A stretch of DNA of 49,856 nt, from contig JAYVQT010000038.1 of assembly GCA_043776915.1 (NCBI GenBank), forward strand, positions 1 through 49,856, given 5' to 3'. The position numbers and the translations under genes are program-made. Below the pieces are notes generated by a model, which had not been told where the DNA came from, did not search any database, and saw only the letters and a list, made by a program, of their open reading frames with translations. Of this stretch, positions 39,304 through 46,655 are shown piece after piece. The stretch's first letter is position 1. Every line of letters starts with the position of its first letter. Origin of the DNA: Minisyncoccota bacterium. GTDB lineage: Bacteria; Patescibacteriota; Minisyncoccia; Phycocordibacterales; UBA9973.

Positions 39304-40533
39304 TTATTTTAATGTTACAATGGTATTACTTTTAAGTTTCACGACCTTACCTATTTTCAAACTTTCAATCAACTCATCAAGTGGGATTGATGCGACACAG
39401 ACGAACTTATCAGCCCCACCATAGTATACAAAAAGTGTACCCTTCTTAACAACCGCGCCACATGTATACACTACACCCCACTTGTGACCATTATTTTCAT
39501 AATGCTCTTCCGGCTCAAGAATAGGGTGCTCTGAGCGATATAAAATTTTGGTTGGATCATTCAAATCAAGCAACAGAGCACCCATTCGATAACGATCAGG
39601 ATTATGATGCTCCATGGCGTGATAAATCACAAGCCAACCGTCTTTTGTTTTAATCGGAGATGGACCAACACCCCGAAACCAGCTATCCCACGTCCGCGCA
39701 TGATCAATGGGTCTGGTATTATTACTTTTAATAAATCGTCTGCCATCAAGCTCATCGAGACTATTAAAGTATTCAATCAAAATTTTTGGAAAGAAACTAT
39801 GCATGAGTGCGTACTTCCCATTTATTTTTTCTGGGAATAAGACCCAGTTTTTATTTATTTCTCCAGGTGGAGAAATAAGAACAGCTTTTTTCCAATTCCA
39901 CTTTTTTTTCTTAAAATCAGAAAGGGCAATTGAGGTTAGTGCCATACGAACTGATCCCCAGCCATCAAATGCAGTATAGATAAGATACAGTGTATCACCT
40001 ATCAATGTTACCCGAGGGTCTTCACATCCGCCACTCCAGCCACCACCAGAAAGGTAATTGATCGATGCTATTGATGTATCAGAGTGAAATGATCTTTTGT
40101 AAATAGCATACGTTGGACGCTCTTCAATATTGAGTCCATCATAGCTTGTAGCATACCCAAGGACTGAAGTATCATCATCACCAACAGCTCGATATATAAG
40201 ATTAATTTTGCCTTCTGAAATAAAAGCAGTTGGATTAAATGTCGCGCGCGACTCCCATGAGTAAAAACTTGGGCTAATAATCGGATTAAGAAAATGTTTT
40301 TCGAGTTTGACTGGAAAAACATTTTCTTTCTTTCTTGGTTTTAAAATTTTTGCTTTCGGCTTAAATTTTTTTTTAGGTTTAGGTTTAGGTTTTTTAAAAA
40401 GTTTGCTTTTGAGTAAGGTACTATTCGACTTCATTTTTACTTTGGTTTTAGACAGAATATGCGTAACTACTTTCTTTTTAGAAATAGATTTTGTAAGAAC
40501 TTTCTTTTTTTGTTTCTTAATAATCTGTGGCAT
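39304..40533 (-). CDS. GH130 family protein with Lys-rich N-terminal extension
   Basis: WESRATFNP, CEDPRVT, NKNWVLFP, YYGGAD. Confidence 0.9.
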   Translation of the reverse strand: MPQIIKKQKKKVLTKSISKKKVVTHILSKTKVKMKSNSTLLKSKLFKKPKPKPKKKFKPKAKILKPRKKENVFPVKLEKHFLNPIISPSFYSWESRATFNPTAFISEGKINLIYRAVGDDDTSVLGYATSYDGLNIEERPTYAIYKRSFHSDTSIASINYLSGGGWSGGCEDPRVTLIGDTLYLIYTAFDGWGSVRMALTSIALSDFKKKKWNWKKAVLISPPGEINKNWVLFPEKINGKYALMHSFFPKILIEYFNSLDELDGRRFIKSNNTRPIDHARTWDSWFRGVGPSPIKTKDGWLVIYHAMEHHNPDRYRMGALLLDLNDPTKILYRSEHPILEPEEHYENNGHKWGVVYTCGAVVKKGTLFVYYGGADKFVCVASIPLDELIESLKIGKVVKLKSNTIVTLK

Positions 40534-40536
40534 ATA

Positions 40537-40890
40537 CTAAACTCTTCCATATTTATCTTCGTAGCGAATAATATCATTCTCATCAAAAAAACCTGTAGCT
40601 ATTTCAAGTATTTGCATTCCATCACTGTAGGCAACGAGTCTATGTCTGGTTCCGACTGGTACCGACACCTCATCACCAACATACAAAGCCAGCTTTTCTC
40701 CATTGAGATCGCACGAACCACTACCAGTAACAACTTTCCAAAATTCTGAACGCTTGGCATGGCTTTGTAGACTAAGCTGCTCATTTGGTTTAATCGTAAT
40801 TATTTTTACTGTTGAAGGAGTATTGTCGGTAAACTTACGAAAGTTCCCCCAAGGTCGCTCTTCTTGATAAATATCCATATCAGGTTTCAT
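40537..40890 (-). CDS. Type II mannose-6-phosphate isomerase cupin domain, standalone
   Basis: RPWG, LSLQSHAKRSEFW, HRL, ENDIIRYEDKYGR. Confidence 0.92.
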   Translation of the reverse strand: MKPDMDIYQEERPWGNFRKFTDNTPSTVKIITIKPNEQLSLQSHAKRSEFWKVVTGSGSCDLNGEKLALYVGDEVSVPVGTRHRLVAYSDGMQILEIATGFFDENDIIRYEDKYGRV

Positions 40891-40944
40891 CTATTAATTA
40901 TACCATATAACAAAAAAAACATAAGTAGGTGACTATTGCATGTA

Positions 40945-41595
40945 TTAGGCTTTCAACTCAGCATATTTCCAACCTTGATACGAAACATACAGGAAGATGA
41001 ATCCGATTCCTGTAAACGTATAGGCATCTCCATAAAAAGTAGGATGAGATAAAATATTCCATACTATCTTTAAAAAGAGGATCGGCGAGGAAAATACATC
41101 CCAGCTATTAAAGCGTAGAAATCTGCCTAAGTACATACCAAAAGAAGTGAGTAGAATAATACCCCCCATACTCAGAGCTGTTTTTTTGAGTGAGGATGTA
41201 CGACGGATAATTTTCTCAATGTGCGAGAGAGAGTAAAAACCAAGTAATAATCCGACCCAGGCTGAACTAAACAAAAGGAACGTATCATAGATGAGCGGAG
41301 CACTATGACTACGATTGAGGTGAATCATATCTGTGACAATATAGGGAGCATTCGGCAAAAAAAGCAACCAAAAAAAGCAACCGATAATTAATAAAACCTT
41401 GTCTAATGTTTGATCTTCTGAATACAACAGAAGCACCGAACTAATCATAAATGGCAAGCTGGCCAAAAAGATATTCCACAGAAGGTAGGTAAAGTACCCT
41501 GAGTGAAAAACTATGACTCGTGCAATAATTAATACCACTGAAAGCACAAGGAGAGTGAGTATTTGTTTGGGAATAATAATTTTATTGATCCTCAT
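40945..41595 (-). CDS. DUF1361 membrane protein
   Basis: WNIFLA, WLLFLPNAPYIVTD, GRFLRFNSWD. Confidence 0.88.
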   Translation of the reverse strand: MRINKIIIPKQILTLLVLSVVLIIARVIVFHSGYFTYLLWNIFLASLPFMISSVLLLYSEDQTLDKVLLIIGCFFWLLFLPNAPYIVTDMIHLNRSHSAPLIYDTFLLFSSAWVGLLLGFYSLSHIEKIIRRTSSLKKTALSMGGIILLTSFGMYLGRFLRFNSWDVFSSPILFLKIVWNILSHPTFYGDAYTFTGIGFIFLYVSYQGWKYAELKA

Positions 41596-41598
41596 ATG

Positions 41599-42072
41599 TT
41601 AATTCTTTATATGCTTAGAATATTCTTTGATCAACTCTGAGGAACTTCTCACCTTGCCTCCATGACCTACATTAAAGACCATCGTAATACCAAGATCATT
41701 ACAAAGTGTAAATTCAGGAATGTTATCGGCAAAGCGATCTCCTCCATTGGCAAAAATATGAGGTTTGATATTTCTAATTTCTTTACAGACACTGGTATCT
41801 TTAGGATTTTTCAAATGACTACTGATCACTACTTTGTCCACACCGACAATGGCTTCAATAATTTCTTTTCGTTCTTTTTGTGACATGAATTCCTTACCTT
41901 TTTTCTTGCGAAGCCAATTATCATTATTTATGACCACCACAAGTTTATCCCCCAATGCTTTGGCTTCTTGGATATACCGAATGTGCCCAATATGAAGAGG
42001 ATCAAATCCACCACTGACCATCACTATTGTTGGTTTGTGATTTTTTAATTTTAATTGTTTGATTCGTTTCAT
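41599..42072 (-). CDS. Cytidylyl/adenylyltransferase family protein (HIGH motif), start revised to MKRIKQ
   Basis: SGGFDPLHIGH, ANGGDR, KVRSSS. Confidence 0.9.
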   Translation of the reverse strand: MKRIKQLKLKNHKPTIVMVSGGFDPLHIGHIRYIQEAKALGDKLVVVINNDNWLRKKKGKEFMSQKERKEIIEAIVGVDKVVISSHLKNPKDTSVCKEIRNIKPHIFANGGDRFADNIPEFTLCNDLGITMVFNVGHGGKVRSSSELIKEYSKHIKN

Positions 42073-42082
42073 AGAGATATAA

Positions 42083-42490
42083 TTATGCAGCAACAAGGAG
42101 CGACGTACAGTATGCGCACCGCTTCGCTTCAATAGATATCTCGCTCAAACATTCAGGGCACTTCTTTGTTGTCGGATCAGTCGGAGCTTCTTTGCGACTA
42201 CGAGAGATAAGCGCATTGAGTGGCACAATTACAAAGAAGTAAATAGATGCTGAAACTAATAAGAATGATATACCTGAGTTAAAAAAGTCACCGTACATAA
42301 ACTTACTACCATTAATCGTGAAGAATAACTCATGGAAATCGGGAGATCCAAAGAGAGCTGCCACAATCGGAGTTATTAAATCTTTGACAAATGAAGCGAC
42401 AACTGCGTTAAACGCAGCTCCGATAACGACACCGACAGCTAAATCCACCACATTACCACGAAGAATAAACTGTTTAAAACCTTTAATCAT
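42083..42490 (-). CDS. mscL: Large-conductance mechanosensitive channel with C-terminal Cys4 motif
   Basis: FKQFILRGNVVDLAVGVVIGAAF; CPEC...CAYC tail. Confidence 0.96.
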   Translation of the reverse strand: MIKGFKQFILRGNVVDLAVGVVIGAAFNAVVASFVKDLITPIVAALFGSPDFHELFFTINGSKFMYGDFFNSGISFLLVSASIYFFVIVPLNALISRSRKEAPTDPTTKKCPECLSEISIEAKRCAYCTSLLVAA

Positions 42491-42554
42491 AGAAAATTAT
42501 TTACTAATAATATACGCTAAATTATATCACTCTCAGTTTAGGATGTATACTTAT

Positions 42555-42583
42555 TTGACAAAAATTTTAAAATAGAGTATAAT
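42555..42583 (+). promoter_or_regulatory. Perfect consensus sigma70 promoter
   Basis: TTGACA-17 nt-TATAAT. Confidence 0.85.
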
Positions 42584-42626
42584 AAATAAAATAAGTAATT
42601 TCACAACCAAACTAAAACCCAAAAAA

Positions 42627-43055
42627 ATGAGCAGAGTTAGCAAAATTTTCATTGACGATGATCCTTGTATTTTCATTACGACAATACCAGATGGTATACC
42701 CATCAATAGACTAAAAAGCTATTGCGAGGCTTCTTACACAGAGCTAAATGATTACTTTGAAGATGGGAGACATTATATACCCAGCGGTCAATTAACTTCT
42801 ATATTTAGGTATATAGTTAAAATATTACCAAAATCAAAAGAAGGAAAAGATTTTCCCATAAAAAAAATTAGTAGTATTGAGCATTCGCAGAATAAAGGCA
42901 CAAACGGTAATAGGGTTCTTTTAAATCAACCCTTAATCTACAAGATAAAGGTTCTCTGCGAGTTAGTTGAAAAAAATGGTTTCTTAGTGCAAGCCGAAAT
43001 CTCAAGATCTTCAGAAGATATTATACTCTGGGGAATTTATGGTTTTTTAAAATAA
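42627..43055 (+). CDS. AT-rich orphan hypothetical protein
   Basis: 142-aa ORF with its own promoter and terminator; no motif recognised. Confidence 0.7.
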   Translation: MSRVSKIFIDDDPCIFITTIPDGIPINRLKSYCEASYTELNDYFEDGRHYIPSGQLTSIFRYIVKILPKSKEGKDFPIKKISSIEHSQNKGTNGNRVLLNQPLIYKIKVLCELVEKNGFLVQAEISRSSEDIILWGIYGFLK

Positions 43056-43063
43056 TAAATAAA

Positions 43064-43094
43064 AAAAAACGAGCAATCTTATTGCTCGTTTTTT
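43064..43094 (+). terminator. Intrinsic terminator
   Basis: AAAAAACGAGCAAT-ctt-ATTGCTCGTTTTTT. Confidence 0.85.
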
Positions 43095-43180
43095 ATATGG
43101 ATTGCACTCTGGCAATTCCCTATTGTCCTTATAGTTTATAAGTATATAATTTATGCATACAGAATCAGTCTGATCACATC

Positions 43181-43207
43181 TGTAATAGGATCATCTCAAC
43201 AACGTCT
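43181..43207 (+). promoter_or_regulatory. Candidate autoregulatory ECF promoter
   Basis: TGTAAT-16 nt-CGTCT ending 6 nt before the sigma ATG; resembles SigX/SigW/SigM-type promoters. Confidence 0.55.
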
Positions 43208-43213
43208 CTATAT

Positions 43214-43714
43214 ATGAAAGCACCTATCGAAAAAGAATTCATAGAAGCCTGTGAAATGCACTCCGATGCTCTCTTTCGATATTGCTTCTTTAAAATTTCA
43301 GACCGAGAACTGGCGAAAGACCTCGTTCAGGAAACATTTATGAAAACATGGAACTATCTCGCAAAAGGTGAGCAGGTAGATAATATTCGAGCCTTCTTTT
43401 ATAAAATTCTGAGCAACCTTATTATCGACGAATACCGCAAAAAAAAGCCCCTATCACTTGATACCCTGACAGAAGAAAAAGGCTTTGATGAAAAAGAGAT
43501 ACTTGAAAATAATATCGACGCACAGAAAGCTCTACTTCTTCTCAATGACATTGGTGATATGTATAAAGATATGATTATGATGCGATACGTCGAAGAGTTA
43601 TCTTTAAAAGAAATTGCCGAAATAACTGGGGAATCTGAAAACACGATCGCTGTCAAAATTCATCGAGGATTAAAGAAAGTCAAAGAATTATTTAAAGAAA
43701 AGACTCAAAAATAA
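43214..43714 (+). CDS. ECF sigma-70 family sigma factor
   Basis: LAKDLVQETFMK (region 2), LSLKEIAEITGESENTIAVKIHRG (region 4). Confidence 0.96.
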   Translation: MKAPIEKEFIEACEMHSDALFRYCFFKISDRELAKDLVQETFMKTWNYLAKGEQVDNIRAFFYKILSNLIIDEYRKKKPLSLDTLTEEKGFDEKEILENNIDAQKALLLLNDIGDMYKDMIMMRYVEELSLKEIAEITGESENTIAVKIHRGLKKVKELFKEKTQK

Positions 43715-43717
43715 TAT

Positions 43718-44872
43718 ATGGATAAAAATTTCAACAATATCATAAAAAGAGCCCAAGGGTTCTCCCTTACCAAAAAAGAGAGAAGTACTATTATTACTCA
43801 GGTCTCCTTACACATAGAAGCAAACCCTTTAGGTTCTTCTCTACACAATAAAATCTCTCCTTATACTGACTCTGTAATGAAAACAGTGACCGACCGTCAT
43901 AAGAGATATAACAGCGGATGGTCAACGTTGTTTACATTATCAACCTTTAAACAAAAAAAATTTATGCCTATCGTACTCACTCTTATGTTACTACTGAGTG
44001 GAGGAACATCGCTCGCTGCGAATAATGCGCTTCCAGGAGATATACTCTACCCAGTGAAAGTAAACGTAAATGAAAATGTAAGATCATTGTTTGCTCTTAC
44101 TACTGATGCAAAAATAAAAGTAGAAAGTAGTATCGCAAATGAACGATTACAAGAGACAGAGAAGTTAGCGGTCAAAGGGCACATTAGTGCTGATGAGAAA
44201 AATACTCTCACCGCAAACTTTAGTGAACATGCTGACAAAGTGAAAGCTATTGTTGCTGATCTAAAAGCAAAAGGGAATGCGACGAAAGCAGCTAAGGTAA
44301 ATTCTGATTTTGAAACGTCACTTATTATTCACCAACGAGCACTCAGTGATATATCAAAAAATGATACTAGAAACCAAGAGAATATTAATGATATTGCTAC
44401 AAAGGTAAACATCTATCTTGGTAACAACACCGAAATAAAATCTGTTGGCAATTCACAACCTCCTACACCTCAACATCAAACAAAAGAATGGGCGGAAACG
44501 TCACAACTCTCTGCAGCTAACAAAATATCTGAAGTCGAAAAATATATAAAGGACAAGAAAGATATTTCTGCAGAAATCAGAACTCAAGCCGTTACCCAAA
44601 TGAATATCGCCCGAGAAATATTTAAAAATGGGAAGATCAAACTTGAGGCTCAAGCATATGCTGATGCCTATGCACTTTTCGCAAACGTTATTCCTGACGC
44701 TCAAAAAGCCAAACTGATTATAGACGGTAAAAGTGATATAAAAATTCATGTCGATGATGATTCAAGTATCAATAAAAATCTCATTAACCTAGAAAAAAAT
44801 ACACATGATTTAGTAAAACCTCAGGCCGGGGTAAAAACTGAAATTCATGCAAATGGTTATTTCGGATTATAG
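43718..44872 (+). CDS. Putative anti-sigma factor, DUF5667-like extracytoplasmic helical domain
   Basis: Directly after the ECF sigma; one TM then ALPGDILYPVKVNVNE...RLQE. Confidence 0.75.
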   Translation: MDKNFNNIIKRAQGFSLTKKERSTIITQVSLHIEANPLGSSLHNKISPYTDSVMKTVTDRHKRYNSGWSTLFTLSTFKQKKFMPIVLTLMLLLSGGTSLAANNALPGDILYPVKVNVNENVRSLFALTTDAKIKVESSIANERLQETEKLAVKGHISADEKNTLTANFSEHADKVKAIVADLKAKGNATKAAKVNSDFETSLIIHQRALSDISKNDTRNQENINDIATKVNIYLGNNTEIKSVGNSQPPTPQHQTKEWAETSQLSAANKISEVEKYIKDKKDISAEIRTQAVTQMNIAREIFKNGKIKLEAQAYADAYALFANVIPDAQKAKLIIDGKSDIKIHVDDDSSINKNLINLEKNTHDLVKPQAGVKTEIHANGYFGL

Positions 44873-44931
44873 TCTAGAACCTACTCTATCACCATGCACA
44901 CAGTCCTCTCTGATGTGCGGGCGGGTCTCAA

Positions 44932-44959
44932 ACAAAAATTCCCTTTCGGGAATTTTTGT
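44932..44959. terminator. Bidirectional terminator
   Basis: ACAAAAATTCCC-tttc-GGGAATTTTTGT between convergent genes. Confidence 0.75.
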
Positions 44960-44989
44960 GATTCAGACCTTATATATAACATATCTAGA

Positions 44990-45337
44990 TTACAGTGGTT
45001 TTACAATTGAAGTCTTTTTATTATTTGAAGTGCGAGCTTTTTTTACTTTCATTCTATCTTTTTTTACTTTTTTAATCACCAACTTTGTTTTTATAATATC
45101 TTTTTTAATTTGTACTTTTGTGATCGCTTGCTTGCGTTTTACTTTAAGAAGCTTACGCTTGAGTAGTTTTGCATCTTGTGTTTGAGTAGTCATTGCTGTT
45201 GTAGCTGTTGTTCCTGCTCCTTGAGAAGTGACTGCTGTTTGAGTCGTCACTGCTACTGCTGTCTCAGCAAAAGAAAGTTCTGGATTTGCAAGAAGCATAA
45301 TACTAAGAACCATGATTGAAAGTGTTATTTTTTTCAT
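44990..45337 (-). CDS. Secreted small protein with Thr/Ala linker and very basic C-terminus
   Basis: Signal peptide ending SFA|E, T/A-rich segment, Lys-rich tail. Confidence 0.75.
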   Translation of the reverse strand: MKKITLSIMVLSIMLLANPELSFAETAVAVTTQTAVTSQGAGTTATTAMTTQTQDAKLLKRKLLKVKRKQAITKVQIKKDIIKTKLVIKKVKKDRMKVKKARTSNNKKTSIVKPL

Positions 45338-45355
45338 ACTATTTAGAAAATTAAA

Positions 45356-46000
45356 TTATAAAGTTTCTTCATCTACCGCATCAATATTAAGATCACCCAA
45401 GTCTGAAAGATTGTTGATTGCCGATTTGAATTCATTTATCTGTGAAATAATAAGTTTATCCAACCCGTAAGATGTAGTTAGGTCTGCTGTGCCCAGAGGT
45501 GAAAGAATATCAATCATTTCCTTAATTTGAGTATTTATTTCAGTGATACGAGAATCGAGTCTTGTAAAATCATTTACATGTCTACCGAGTAATTTCTCAA
45601 AAAGAAGTTTCTCGTTTCCAACTAACGTGGTCGTTAACTGAGATCCAAGTGATGCTTGGGTCTTGATTGAAATGAGTGCAGTTTGATATTTCGTCAATAT
45701 TACTACCACATCTGCATATGTCTTTATCGTATCTTTATTTACCTCATCAAGAACTACTACATCTTTAATATTTTTTAATCCATATATCTGGGTATGGATA
45801 TCTGCCTCATCTTGATTATTATTTTCACCATCAGATTCATCGTTATTAGATTCATCTGAATGTTCTGAGATATTTTCTCTCTTGTCACCAGAAGATCCTT
45901 GATGCATTGAAGAATCACTATTTTCAGCAAATGCATACGTATTCAATAAAAACACTGACAACACAATCATACTGGCTGTTATATATGTTGTAATTTTCAT
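45356..46000 (-). CDS. Secreted acidic helical hypothetical protein
   Basis: Signal peptide ending AFA|E, D/E/S-rich segment, coiled-coil-like remainder. Confidence 0.8.
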   Translation of the reverse strand: MKITTYITASMIVLSVFLLNTYAFAENSDSSMHQGSSGDKRENISEHSDESNNDESDGENNNQDEADIHTQIYGLKNIKDVVVLDEVNKDTIKTYADVVVILTKYQTALISIKTQASLGSQLTTTLVGNEKLLFEKLLGRHVNDFTRLDSRITEINTQIKEMIDILSPLGTADLTTSYGLDKLIISQINEFKSAINNLSDLGDLNIDAVDEETL

Positions 46001-46080
46001 ATCTATATCTTAAAAAATTAATAATGAACGACTATTGTAGTATACCACGATAAAACAGCTGAGTATATTGCATTTTGCTG

Positions 46081-46153
46081 GGTGCCTACTGGGATTTGAA
46101 CCCAGACTGGGAGTTCCACAAACTCCAGTGCTAACCATTACACTATAAGCACC
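46081..46153 (-). tRNA. tRNA-His(GTG)
   Basis: Cloverleaf with G-1, acceptor GTGCTTA/TAGGCAC, anticodon arm GGAGT-TTGTGGA-ACTCC, T arm CTGGG-TTCAAAT-CCCAG, C73; full CCA not encoded. Confidence 0.96.
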
Positions 46154-46225
46154 ATAATGATCCGAGGAAGTCGGACTACCCTGTTATACCAGAAAATGAC
46201 TTATAAATCCAGACACTGCTACTCT

Positions 46226-46654
46226 TTATAGAATGTGATACGAAATAAAATGAAGATATGATAGTATGAAAATCATAAGTGATATGAGTGCTGACGACAA
46301 GCACCATACACACCAATGCTTCACTACAAATGCTTGGAGTGATACCAAATAGATAGAAAAGAGCAGTGCTGACGCACTAATACCAAGAAGAATACTACCC
46401 CACACTGTTGACCATGCACCTAGATTAAAAATAATACTGTAGGCGCTTCCGACAAGGACATAGTACACCATACCAAGAACTTCAACTGGAATAGAAAATA
46501 TCTTGGAGTAATCAGAATGTATAACCGTATCGCAGTTTGACTTCATGGGACAAATTAATTTCTTTTTAGTTTTCTTTTTAGAATAAATATAAAAAGACAA
46601 AATAAATCCAGACAAACCAAGAAGGCTAATTAAATTTATAAGTAACGTATGCAT
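46226..46654 (-). CDS. Vitamin K epoxide reductase (VKOR) family protein
   Basis: ICPMKSNCDTVIHSDYS loop Cys pair, WCVWC active site, four TM helices. Confidence 0.93.
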   Translation of the reverse strand: MHTLLINLISLLGLSGFILSFYIYSKKKTKKKLICPMKSNCDTVIHSDYSKIFSIPVEVLGMVYYVLVGSAYSIIFNLGAWSTVWGSILLGISASALLFSIYLVSLQAFVVKHWCVWCLSSALISLMIFILSYLHFISYHIL

Positions 46655-46655
46655 A

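Noticed and set aside
44847-45185. Plus-strand 112-aa hydrophobic ORF
   Set aside because: Antisense shadow of the Lys-rich gene and crosses a terminator
46081-46200. Integrative element at tRNA-His
   Set aside because: No integrase and no duplicated tRNA 3' end seen in the window
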